From an uncultured archaeon (GTDB lineage: Archaea > Iainarchaeota > Iainarchaeia > Iainarchaeales > DATDZZ01), in the NCBI GenBank assembly GCA_964373795.1, contig CAYJVY010000005.1:37813-69812 (forward strand): 32,000 nucleotides of DNA, in the 5' to 3' direction. The position numbers and the translations under genes are program-made. The notes under the pieces were generated by a model. That model was not told the DNA's origin. It did no database searches and saw only the letters and a list, made by a program, of their open reading frames with translations. Positions 18,599-26,113 of the stretch are shown here, piece by piece (position 1 is the stretch's first letter; every line of letters starts with the position of its first letter).

Positions 18599-19039
18599 TT
18601 ATTTTTTCTTTTTTACAGAAGAAGTTTTTCCGCTTCCCTCTTTAAGCATTTCATCAATGATTTCTTTCACATCTTCTCTTGTAACAAACTTGTTTGGCCC
18701 AATAAAGTCAACCAGTTTTTTGACTTCAACAAATTCATCTTTTTTAGTATAATTACTCCAAATCAATGCCAGTTTTTCATTAACCTCATTTAAAGAATTA
18801 TTAATTCTATCTAATTGAAGCTTTAAATCAGCTGGAACATCTTGCCTTCCACCTGAAAGCTGTCTATTCAAGTCATCCCTTAACTCAATTAATTTCTTGT
18901 TAAAGGCAAGGCTTTTAGTTAAAAGCAATTTATCGTTATAAGAAAAATGCCTAAGCCTTTGAGTAATTAAATCAATTGAAGTATTCAAATGCTCAATGTT
19001 TTGCCTTATTTGATCTAAAACATTTGGTTGAGTAGGCAT
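18599..19039 (-). CDS. Hypothetical coiled-coil protein (146 aa) with a Lys-rich C-terminal tail
   Basis: I prefer the ATG at 19039 (MPTQPNVLDQIRQNIEHL...). The track start at 19123 adds 28 codons (MPTWALSFAGCSAKES...) that merely translate the GC-rich repeat; the same peptide string appears from the repeat at 27778-27819. Confidence 0.65.
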   Translation of the reverse strand: MPTQPNVLDQIRQNIEHLNTSIDLITQRLRHFSYNDKLLLTKSLAFNKKLIELRDDLNRQLSGGRQDVPADLKLQLDRINNSLNEVNEKLALIWSNYTKKDEFVEVKKLVDFIGPNKFVTREDVKEIIDEMLKEGSGKTSSVKKKK

Positions 19040-19080
19040 AAAATCATAACTATAAAGGCAATTGAAACTTAAAAAACTTT

Positions 19081-19276
19081 CTTTCGCCGAGCAGCCGGCG
19101 AAGCTGAGTGCCCACGTGGGCATTGCGCTTGCCGCGCGAGAAGGTTCAAGGTTCAGCCCTTGAAGCGCCGAACAGCCGGCGAGGCTGAGTCGAAAGCCGG
19201 CGAAGCTGAGTGCTCAAGTGAGCATCGGCTCAACCGACCGAACGGTTCGCGCTCAAGGCGAGTAAGCGCACCGCGG
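19081..19276 (-). repeat. GC-rich mosaic repeat copy C, the largest copy. It contains three copies of the 17-nt core and two palindromes, and is inverted relative to copies B and D.
   Basis: The core 'cagccggcga[ag]gctgag' occurs at 19092-19108 and 19173-19189, with a partial copy at 19195-19210. Palindromes are tgcccacgtgggca (19109-19122) and tgctcaagtgagca (19211-19224). The reverse complement of 19081-19123 matches 27778-27820 with 1 mismatch over about 38 nt. The reverse complement of about 19141-19170 matches 27811-27835 ('cggcgcttcaagg.ctgaaccttg'). Confidence 0.85.
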
Positions 19277-19289
19277 TTTATAAAAATAT
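19276..19289 (+). promoter_or_regulatory. Putative TATA box/promoter of polB
   Basis: 'tttataaaaatatt' lies about 21-34 nt upstream of the ATG at 19310, immediately after the GC-rich element. The spacing suggests a leaderless or very short-leader mRNA. Confidence 0.4.
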
Positions 19290-19309
19290 TTGAATAATAA
19301 ATATTTAGC

Positions 19310-21739
19310 ATGAAAGAAAAAGGATTTTTATTAGATGTTCAGTATTATTCGAATTCTGAAAATAAGTCAGTAATTCAGTTATTTTTAAAAACAGTTAAAG
19401 GAATTCAAATATTTGAAGACAAATCTTTTTCACCTTATTTTTATGTAATCCTGGAAAAAGCGGGAGAAAAGCATTTAAAAGAATTAAAAAACGCGCAACT
19501 AGGAAGTGAAAAAATTAAGACATTAAATGCTTTTGTTGAAACAAAAAAAAGTGAAAAAAATGTTGTAAAACTTGAATTCAATAGCGTGAAGGATTTAACT
19601 ATTGCAAGAGAAGAAATAAAGAAATTGGAATTTGTTTTAGAGAAAAGAGAATACGATATTCCTTTCACTAAAAGATATTTAATTGATAAAGACTTAAGTC
19701 CACTGGAATTAATTGAAGTGGAATTCAAAGAAGAAAATGGAAAAAAAATAGTTGAAGAAATAAAAAAGCTTCCAGAAAAATCAATTGAATTAAATTTAGG
19801 AGCCTTTGATTTAGAAACTCATTCCCCTGGAAGGTTTTCAGATGCAACTAAAGACCCAATTCTAATGATTGCATACGTAGATGAAAAAGAAAAACAAATT
19901 CTTACATGGAAACACAAAGAATTAAGCAAAATAAGCTTTGTAAAAGTGTTTGAAACAGAAAAAGAAATGCTTGAATTTTTTGTAAAAAAATTAAAAGAAA
20001 AACAATTAGATGGAATAATAACTTATAATGGAGACTCGTTTGATTTTCCATACTTAAAAGAGCGAACAAGAATTTACAAAATTGAGTTTGACATAGGAAT
20101 TGATGGAAGCGAGCCAATCATTAAAAGAAAAGGAATGGAAAACGCAGTGCAAATTCATGGCACTCAACACATTGACGCATATCAAATGATTTTATTAATG
20201 AATAGATTTGGAACAATTAATTTAATTAAATTTGATTTGGAAACAGTTTATGAAAAGTTATTCGGCGAACCAAAGGAAAAACTTAAAGCAGAAGAAATTA
20301 ACTGGATTTGGAAAACAGGAAAAGAATTACAAAGATTAGTGAATTATAACTTGGAAGATGCTGTTGCAACATACAAAATTACTTTAAGGTATTTATCTTT
20401 ATTCATTGAATTAGGAAAACTAGTAAAACAACCATTATTTGATGTAGTGAGAACAGCTGCTTCAAACATGGTTGAAAACTTGTTAATAATTAAAGCATTT
20501 AAAGCAAAAGAATTAATTCCAAACAAACCAGAAGAAGGATTAGTAAAGCAAAGAATGCTTCAAACATTTAAAGGAGGCTATGTAAAAGAACCTCTTCCAG
20601 GATTGCATGAAAACATTGCAATAATGGATTTTCGAAGCCTGTATCCATCAATAATGATTTCACACAATATCTCTTCAGATACATTGGATTGTGAACATGA
20701 AAAATGCAAGACAGGAAAAAACTTGGCTCCAACAAAGCATTGGTTTTGTGAAAAAGAAAAAGGATTTTTAACAAGCATTTTAGAAGAAATTTTAACTAGA
20801 AGAATTGAATTAAAAAAACAATTCAAGGAAGAAAAAAATTCTGATTTAAAAAAAGTTTTAGAAGCAAAACAACACGCATTAAAAATAGTGTTAAACTCTT
20901 TTTACGGAACATTAGGATATGCAAGGTTTAGATGGTATTCAAGGGAAGCAGCAAGAGGAATTGCGGCATGGGCAAGACACTATGTAAAAGAAGTAATTCA
21001 TAAAGCAGAACAAGCAAATTTAACTCCAATTTACGGAGACAGCGATTCAGCATTTGTTTTAATTCCAAAAGAAAAATCACAGGAAAACGTGAAAGAATTT
21101 GTGAAAAAAATTAATGCAGAATTACCTGAAGCAATGGAGTTAGAGTTAGAAGGATTTTATAAAAGAGGAATTTTTGTAACAAAAAAAACAGGGGAAGGAG
21201 CTGCAAAGAAAAAATATGCATTAATTGATTTTAATGGAAATCTAAAAATAGTTGGATTTGAATATGTTAGAAGAGATTGGAGTCCAATAGCAAAAAAAAC
21301 TCAGAAAAAAACAATTGAATTAATTTTAGATAAAGGACATCCAGAAGAAGCAGTGCAATACGTGAAACAAGTAATAAAAGATTTAAAGAACGGCAAAGTA
21401 CCAAAAAAAGAATTAATTATTTTAAATCAAATAAAAAAACCAATTAAATCCTATGAATCAATTGGCCCACACGTTGCAGCAGCTAAAAAAGCAATTCAAA
21501 GAGGAAAAGAATTAGGCACAGGATCAATAGTTGGATATATTGTAACAAAGGGATCTGGAAAACAGGTTTCAGATAAAGCAGAATTAGAAGAATTCGTTGA
21601 AGAAGGAAACTATGACTCAGATTACTATATTCATAATCAAGTAATTCCTGCAATAATAAAAATAATTGGAGAACTAGGATACTCAGAACAAGACTTAATT
21701 CAAGGCGGCAAACAATCAAATTTAAGTGCATTCATGTAA
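19310..21739 (+). CDS. polB: Family B DNA polymerase (archaeal PolB)
   Basis: Exonuclease motifs are 'GAFDLET' (ExoI), 'YNGDSFDFPYL' (ExoII) and 'YNLEDA' (ExoIII). Polymerase motifs are 'DFRSLYPSI' (A), 'KIVLNSFYGTLGY' (B), 'IYGDSDSAF' (C, with Ser in place of the usual Thr) and 'KKKYA'. At 809 aa it has no intein. Confidence 0.95.
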   Translation: MKEKGFLLDVQYYSNSENKSVIQLFLKTVKGIQIFEDKSFSPYFYVILEKAGEKHLKELKNAQLGSEKIKTLNAFVETKKSEKNVVKLEFNSVKDLTIAREEIKKLEFVLEKREYDIPFTKRYLIDKDLSPLELIEVEFKEENGKKIVEEIKKLPEKSIELNLGAFDLETHSPGRFSDATKDPILMIAYVDEKEKQILTWKHKELSKISFVKVFETEKEMLEFFVKKLKEKQLDGIITYNGDSFDFPYLKERTRIYKIEFDIGIDGSEPIIKRKGMENAVQIHGTQHIDAYQMILLMNRFGTINLIKFDLETVYEKLFGEPKEKLKAEEINWIWKTGKELQRLVNYNLEDAVATYKITLRYLSLFIELGKLVKQPLFDVVRTAASNMVENLLIIKAFKAKELIPNKPEEGLVKQRMLQTFKGGYVKEPLPGLHENIAIMDFRSLYPSIMISHNISSDTLDCEHEKCKTGKNLAPTKHWFCEKEKGFLTSILEEILTRRIELKKQFKEEKNSDLKKVLEAKQHALKIVLNSFYGTLGYARFRWYSREAARGIAAWARHYVKEVIHKAEQANLTPIYGDSDSAFVLIPKEKSQENVKEFVKKINAELPEAMELELEGFYKRGIFVTKKTGEGAAKKKYALIDFNGNLKIVGFEYVRRDWSPIAKKTQKKTIELILDKGHPEEAVQYVKQVIKDLKNGKVPKKELIILNQIKKPIKSYESIGPHVAAAKKAIQRGKELGTGSIVGYIVTKGSGKQVSDKAELEEFVEEGNYDSDYYIHNQVIPAIIKIIGELGYSEQDLIQGGKQSNLSAFM

Positions 21740-21781
21740 GAGTTACTTTCTACATAACAGCTCTTGTTTGAATCATTTACC

Positions 21782-21792
21782 TATTTAAAATA
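21782..21792 (+). promoter_or_regulatory. Putative TATA box of map
   Basis: 'tatttaaaata' lies about 21-31 nt upstream of the ATG at 21813. Confidence 0.35.
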
Positions 21793-21812
21793 TTCCTATT
21801 TTAAGGATTAAT

Positions 21813-22733
21813 ATGGACAAAAAAATGAGAGAAAACCATCTTAAAGCAGGCAAAATATTGCACGAAGTTAGACAGAAAGCAATTAAAAGCATTAAACCAG
21901 GGCAAAAATTGCTTGAAATAGCTGAAAGCATTGAAAAAGACATTATTGATGCAACCGCAGCAACAGCAGATGGAGGAATTGGTTTTCCAGTGAACTTGTC
22001 AATGAATAATGTGGCTGCTCATTTTACTCCTGGAATTGCAGATGAAAGCGTTTTGGAAGAAAACTGTATTTTAAAACTTGATATTGGAGTGCAGGTAAAT
22101 GGCAGGCTAGCTGATTCAGCTGTAACACTTGATTTTTCTGGCGAATACGGAAAACTTTTAGAAGCTTCTTATACTGCTTTACAGAATGCTATAAGTGTTT
22201 TAAAAATTGGCTTGCCTATTTCAAAAATTGGAGCAGAAATCGAGAACACTATTAAAAAATATGGATTTAAACCTGTGAGAAATTTGTCGGGACATGGATT
22301 AGGAGAATATATTGGGCATGCTCCTCCAACTATTCCAAACATTGATAACAGGGATTCAAAAAAAATAGAGGAAGGAATGGCTTTTGCTATAGAGCCTTTT
22401 ACTTCAACTGGAGAAGGATTTGTAAGAGAAGGAAATTTAACTGAAATATTTGCATTAGATCATCCCAAACCTGTTAGAAATATTTATGCAAGACAAATTT
22501 TGAAAAACGTGGAAGAAAAATTTAAAACACTTGCTTTTGCTGAAAGACATGTAGCAAAAGATTTAAGTGAATTTAATAGAAAGGTTGCAATGCGAGAATT
22601 GCTTTCAAACAAATGCTTGCATGCATACCCTATTTTAAAAGAAAGCGAAGGAGTAATGATTGCTCAATTTGAAACAGATTTTCTTGTAGACGGAGAAGAA
22701 ATAATTCAAGCAGTTCCACTGCCAAAATTTTAA
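21813..22733 (+). CDS. map: Methionine aminopeptidase, type 2 (archaeal/eukaryotic class)
   Basis: The 306-aa product has metal-ligand motifs in order: 'NVAAHFTP', 'LDIGVQVNGRLADSA' (the two Asp), 'NLSGHGLG' (His), 'FAIEPF' (Glu) and 'IAQFETDFLV' (Glu). Size and inserted helical subdomain are typical of archaeal MetAP. Confidence 0.9.
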   Translation: MDKKMRENHLKAGKILHEVRQKAIKSIKPGQKLLEIAESIEKDIIDATAATADGGIGFPVNLSMNNVAAHFTPGIADESVLEENCILKLDIGVQVNGRLADSAVTLDFSGEYGKLLEASYTALQNAISVLKIGLPISKIGAEIENTIKKYGFKPVRNLSGHGLGEYIGHAPPTIPNIDNRDSKKIEEGMAFAIEPFTSTGEGFVREGNLTEIFALDHPKPVRNIYARQILKNVEEKFKTLAFAERHVAKDLSEFNRKVAMRELLSNKCLHAYPILKESEGVMIAQFETDFLVDGEEIIQAVPLPKF

Positions 22734-22782
22734 TTATTACAGAATGTAATAAAACTTCTTTTACTGCTTTAAATGATTTTAA

Positions 22783-22897
22783 ATTCTTTTGTCAACCAAA
22801 GAGTCTTTATAAACAAAGGCTTTTGTAAACAAAGATTCTTTATAAACAAAGATTCTTTTGTTTTTTATTCTTTTGTTTCCTTTATTCTTTTGTCAAC
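22783..22897. repeat. AT-rich tandem repeat array: about 16-17-nt units 'caaag(a)ttctttataaa' x4, bracketed by an identical 14-nt direct repeat 'attcttttgtcaac'
   Basis: Units lie at 22797-22813, 22814-22829, 22830-22846 and 22847-22865. 'attcttttgtcaac' occurs at 22783-22796 and 22884-22897. Each unit carries a TATA-like tttataaa or tttgtaaa. Confidence 0.7.
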
Positions 22898-22919
22898 TTT
22901 TCTTTTTAAGAAAAGTTGT

Positions 22920-22993
22920 GCCCCTATAGTATAGCCTGGATAGAATGCAAGCTTGCGGAGCTTGAGACCTGGGTTCAAATCCCAGTAGGGGCG
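22920..22993 (+). tRNA. tRNA-Arg (anticodon GCG)
   Basis: The acceptor gcccta../..taggggc forms 7 perfect bp (22920-26 with 22986-92). The anticodon stem caagc/gcttg closes the loop ttGCGga. The T arm is ctggg-ttcaaat-cccag. The D loop agcctggata is canonical, but the D stem is weak (gtat/gaat: 1 Watson-Crick pair, 2 G-U pairs and 1 mismatch). A T-run follows at 22994-22999. Confidence 0.8.
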
Positions 22994-23664
22994 TTTTTTA
23001 AATTCATTGCTTCCAATATTTGTTCAAACTCTTTTCTAGAAATTTCGCAGAGTTCTTCGTCTTTGAATAAAACAATTCCTTTTATTGGAATTTCAGGCCA
23101 GAATTCTTCAAATTCTTGCTCGCGCAAGGAATCAAAGTATTCAGCATTTTCCTTGAAATGCTTTTCTTGTTCTTCTTTCCAGCCTTCTTTGAATTTTCCT
23201 GTTTTTTGCAAGCCAACACAGAAAGGATAAATTTTTGAAAAATCTTTTACATCTTTAAGTGAAATAAATGGGAAAAGCTCGCATTGCTTTGGCCTTGCAG
23301 AATAAATCTTGCAAGCCTTGTTTGCTTCATCTAAGTGAATGCATGCTTTTTCATTTCTTTGCAAGGCAAGCATTGGTAAAACCTTTAAATGCTGTGGCAA
23401 AAAACCTGTTTTTGCTTGCAAGGCCGCAGCAACTGTTTTTGGAAGAAAAGAATTAAATAAAACATTTTTTTCTTCCTGAAACTCTGATGGAAATAATTGC
23501 AAGTAAATCACGCAAAATTTTTGAATGAACTCCTTTAAAGGGATTTGAAGAAAACTTGCTTGCTTTTTTGCTTCTGCAGGAGTTAAAGCAATCCAGTAAC
23601 GTTTACAGCATTCTAAACATCTCTGGCAAACAAATTTTTCTACCTGCATTAAAGAATTTGCCAT
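22975..23664 (-). CDS. Putative zinc/iron-chelating CxxCxxCC protein (YkgJ/UPF0153-like)
   Basis: The 229-aa product has the N-terminal motif 'CQRCLECCKRYW' (C-x2-C-x2-CC) plus later Cys residues (CIHLDEANKACKIY, CELFPF, PFCVG), as in the UPF0153 family. The last 6 codons overlap the 3' end of tRNA-Arg on the opposite strand. Confidence 0.7.
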   Translation of the reverse strand: MANSLMQVEKFVCQRCLECCKRYWIALTPAEAKKQASFLQIPLKEFIQKFCVIYLQLFPSEFQEEKNVLFNSFLPKTVAAALQAKTGFLPQHLKVLPMLALQRNEKACIHLDEANKACKIYSARPKQCELFPFISLKDVKDFSKIYPFCVGLQKTGKFKEGWKEEQEKHFKENAEYFDSLREQEFEEFWPEIPIKGIVLFKDEELCEISRKEFEQILEAMNLKNAPTGI

Positions 23665-23701
23665 AGCAAGGTTTTAAATTATTCTTAAAGCCAAAATTAT
23701 T

Positions 23702-24565
23702 ATGCAACTCTCATTTTCTGAAATGGTTAAGTTTTTTCTTGACAGGCTTAGACAACTTGAAACAGCTTCTGGGGAAGGAGTTAAAAAAATTAAAGCAGAA
23801 GTATTGGAGAGATATAAAAGGGAAACTTCGGAAAATAAAAGAATTATTGTAAGCCATTTAGTTGCTGCAATGAAAAACCTTAGGCAAAGCAGGCATTCAA
23901 GTGAATTATTAATTGAAATCTCTAAAACAGATCCACAACTGGTTGTAGAGTTTTTAAGAAATGCTTTAGCAGAGAAAAAAACCCATGCAAGAGCAGAGTT
24001 AATGCTTCACTTGGAAACAATTGCAAATGCTTTAACCGAGCAATTAAAAATTCCTAGTCAAAGAATTAATGCAGAAAAAGAATTAATTGAATTAATTGCA
24101 TTACACCCACAAGAATTAACTGAAGCATTAGTTAAAAGATTGAAAGAAAGACAAATAACTCAAGTCATTCAAGAATTATTAGTTCATGCAATTAAGCTTA
24201 GAACAGAACAAAGAAGAACTGCTCCAACTGCAAAAAGCATAATTGCTGAAAGAAATTTGGAAGACTTAATGAGAACAGTAGTTGTCGAATGTGAAAGACT
24301 TTCAAGAGAAGGAGAAGAAACAAAAAAAACTGGAATTGAATTACTTAGAAAAGTTAGTGCAATAAGCCATGCACACGGAGCAAAAGTAATGACATCAATT
24401 AAAATAAAAATTCTTGATAGACACAGATTCATAGATTTTTTAATGGATTTAAACACACTAGAAGCAAAAAAAGAAATCACAAGCATTATGGCTGCAAGAC
24501 AACAAGCACCTGCAAAAGAACCTCCAAAAAAACCTGGAAGAGAAAAACCTAAAAGAAGGCCTTAA
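23702..24565 (+). CDS. Hypothetical all-helical protein (287 aa) with a basic Pro/Lys C-terminal tail
   Basis: It is an ATG-started ORF, divergent from the previous gene with only a 37-nt spacer. The sequence is rich in helix-forming residues and the tail is 'KEPPKKPGREKPKRRP'. I recognise no family. Confidence 0.6.
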   Translation: MQLSFSEMVKFFLDRLRQLETASGEGVKKIKAEVLERYKRETSENKRIIVSHLVAAMKNLRQSRHSSELLIEISKTDPQLVVEFLRNALAEKKTHARAELMLHLETIANALTEQLKIPSQRINAEKELIELIALHPQELTEALVKRLKERQITQVIQELLVHAIKLRTEQRRTAPTAKSIIAERNLEDLMRTVVVECERLSREGEETKKTGIELLRKVSAISHAHGAKVMTSIKIKILDRHRFIDFLMDLNTLEAKKEITSIMAARQQAPAKEPPKKPGREKPKRRP

Positions 24566-24617
24566 AACAAAACAAATAAATACTACTTTAGAGTTTATTA
24601 ATCCAACTGGGCCTACC

Positions 24618-24656
24618 AAGAGAGTGAATTCTTTCATTGAAAGAATTTACTCTCTT
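24618..24656. other. Long perfect-like hairpin: 17-bp stem including one G-U, 5-nt loop
   Basis: aagagagtgaattcttt (24618-24634), loop cattg, then aaagaatttactctctt (24640-24656). It lies in the intergenic region between two + strand genes. Confidence 0.6.
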
Positions 24657-24754
24657 ACACATTAACTAGGCTTGCAAACAGCAAACTATTTCTAAAAAAC
24701 TTTTTAAGAGAAATATTTAATTCTTTCGGTAAAGAAAAATATAAGTGATCAACA

Positions 24755-25630
24755 TTGAATAGAAAAGCCGAATTAGAAAGAGAACTTCAATCACTTGAAA
24801 AACAATTAAATTTAAAGCAAAAAGATTTAAGTGATACAAATAAAAAAAAAGAAAAAGCTGAAGAAGAATTAACGCAACAGTTAAGTAAGCTGGAAAAAAT
24901 GGTTGTAGATGCAAACGCTGCAAGAGAAGAAGTAGAACAATTAGAAACAGAAATATTTGATTTAGAACATCAATTAAAAAAGGTTTCAAAATCTCTGGAA
25001 AAATTAGATGAAAGAGAAAAAGCTGAAAGAAAAAATGAAAGACTTGAAAAAAACTTGGCAAGAGTAAGAGAACTAATTTCAGGATTTGAAGTAAAAGAAG
25101 AAGAGCCAACTGAAAAAGAAGAAACAGAAGAAAAACCTGTAAAAAAAGTCGAAGTAAAAGAAGACAGGCATTCAACTATTGTAACTTCAAAACCTGTTAC
25201 ACAAAAAAAACCTTTAGAAGGATTTTTCTTATTTGAAAGAGGAGGGTTTTCACTTGAATACCCTGCTACTTGGGAATTAACTCCAAATGAATCAGAATCA
25301 TCTGTTTTATCTTTATCCAACAATAAAGGAGTTGCATTAGATATTTCAATTGAATCCAAAGACTCTGAACTTTCATTTCAAGAACTAGTAGAACAAATTG
25401 TTACAGGAATGAAGGAAAGCTTGAATGCAGAAATTACTTCAAAAAACATTGAAGAAGAAAAAGCTGAACTAACTTTTTCAATAACTCAAGGAGATTCAAA
25501 ATTATTATATAGATTTCAATTAGTGGAAAAAAATGAAAAAATTTATTCTGTTTTAATTAAAGCGCCTGCAACTGAATACATGAATTCTCGCGAGGAAACA
25601 ACCCACATTTTTAAATCAATTAAATACTAA
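24755..25630 (+). CDS. Hypothetical protein: N-terminal coiled coil plus a C-terminal globular mixed alpha/beta domain
   Basis: The TTG at 24755 is the first possible start after an in-frame TGA at 24746, and an alternative ATG lies at 24899. The N-terminal half is heptad-rich and charged (ELERELQSLEKQL...), and the C-terminal roughly 130 aa is non-repetitive. The Leu-rich antisense ORF 24717..25175 is rejected. Confidence 0.6.
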   Translation: MNRKAELERELQSLEKQLNLKQKDLSDTNKKKEKAEEELTQQLSKLEKMVVDANAAREEVEQLETEIFDLEHQLKKVSKSLEKLDEREKAERKNERLEKNLARVRELISGFEVKEEEPTEKEETEEKPVKKVEVKEDRHSTIVTSKPVTQKKPLEGFFLFERGGFSLEYPATWELTPNESESSVLSLSNNKGVALDISIESKDSELSFQELVEQIVTGMKESLNAEITSKNIEEEKAELTFSITQGDSKLLYRFQLVEKNEKIYSVLIKAPATEYMNSREETTHIFKSIKY

Positions 25631-25793
25631 CAAGTATGAAAGAGCCAATATCTAGAATATCGCAAAGCACACTGCCAGTATTGTGACAATATGCAAGTCA
25701 GACTGCAAGCCAACTGATATAGAGTTTGGAAAATTCCATAGAGTTTCTAAATAATTATCCAAAATAATCTACTCTACAACTCATAATGTGTTG

Positions 25794-25823
25794 TCCCACC
25801 AAATATTTAAATACTTTTAAAAC
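25794..25823 (+). promoter_or_regulatory. Copy 1 of a duplicated 30-nt promoter-like block (TATA-like 'aaatatttaaata')
   Basis: 'tcccaccaaatatttaaatacttttaaaac' is identical at 29 of 30 positions to 26567-26596. Both blocks precede antitoxin-type genes, and both are preceded by 'aaaataatct'. Confidence 0.55.
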
Positions 25824-25844
25824 TAATTCATCAAAATCTATAAA

Positions 25845-25860
25845 TATGTGTTGACACATA
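25845..25860. promoter_or_regulatory. Inverted-repeat operator candidate (7-bp arms) upstream of the RHH antitoxin gene
   Basis: 'tatgtgt tg acacata' overlaps or follows a TATA-like 'ctataaatat' (25838-25847). It lies about 20 nt upstream of the ATG at 25880. Confidence 0.45.
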
Positions 25861-25879
25861 AGTGTATTTGGTGGTTTTT

Positions 25880-26113
25880 ATGCCGAATATGACTTTGTCA
25901 ATTCCAGACCAAGTGCAGAAAAAAATGTCAAAACATTCTGAGGTCAAATGGAGCAATGTTGCTAGGGAAGCAATTGAGAAAAAGGTTGAAGAACTTGAAT
26001 GGATGGATAAAATTTTGAGCAAAAGCAAGCTTACTGAAGAAGATGCTGAAAGAATTGGCCATGAAATAAAAGCAATTATTTCAAAGCGCTGGGCAAAAAG
26101 GTTTGGAGAATGA
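25880..26113 (+). CDS. Ribbon-helix-helix (CopG-like) antitoxin
   Basis: I prefer the ATG at 25880 (MPNMTLSIPDQVQKKMSKHSEVKWSNVAREAIEKKVEELE) over the GTG at 25862. 'TLSIPD...' forms the beta strand and is followed by two helices, as expected for RHH. The gene overlaps the downstream PIN gene with a 4-nt ATGA. Confidence 0.75.
   Translation: MPNMTLSIPDQVQKKMSKHSEVKWSNVAREAIEKKVEELEWMDKILSKSKLTEEDAERIGHEIKAIISKRWAKRFGE

Noticed and set aside
18587-18793. ORF 18587..18793 (+), 68 aa. Also the antisense ORFs inside polB (19441..19728, 19902..20117, 20344..20826, 21483..21731).
   Set aside because: These are shadow frames of well-supported genes on the other strand or frame, and they have no motifs.
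19081-19276. The GC-rich island as a single-copy structural RNA gene (SRP RNA or RNase P RNA), as GC-rich islands often are in AT-rich archaea.
   Set aside because: The sequence is built of modules repeated within itself and at three other loci in both orientations. I could not find SRP helix-8 or RNase P conserved-region motifs. A repeat family explains it better, though a transcribed RNA is not excluded.
22783-22897. Possible CRISPR array, because of short tandem repeats.
   Set aside because: The units are only 16-17 nt, AT-rich and directly abutting, with no unique spacers. There are no cas genes in the window.
22916-23230. ORF 22916..23230 (+), 104 aa.
   Set aside because: It starts inside tRNA-Arg and runs antisense to the CxxCxxCC-protein gene, which has a recognisable motif. 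The composition is Ser/Phe/Cys-rich, typical of a shadow frame.
24717-25175. ORF 24717..25175 (-), 152 aa, extremely Leu/Phe-rich.
   Set aside because: It is the antisense shadow of the Glu/Lys-rich coiled-coil gene 24755..25630. It is low-complexity and has no plausible fold.
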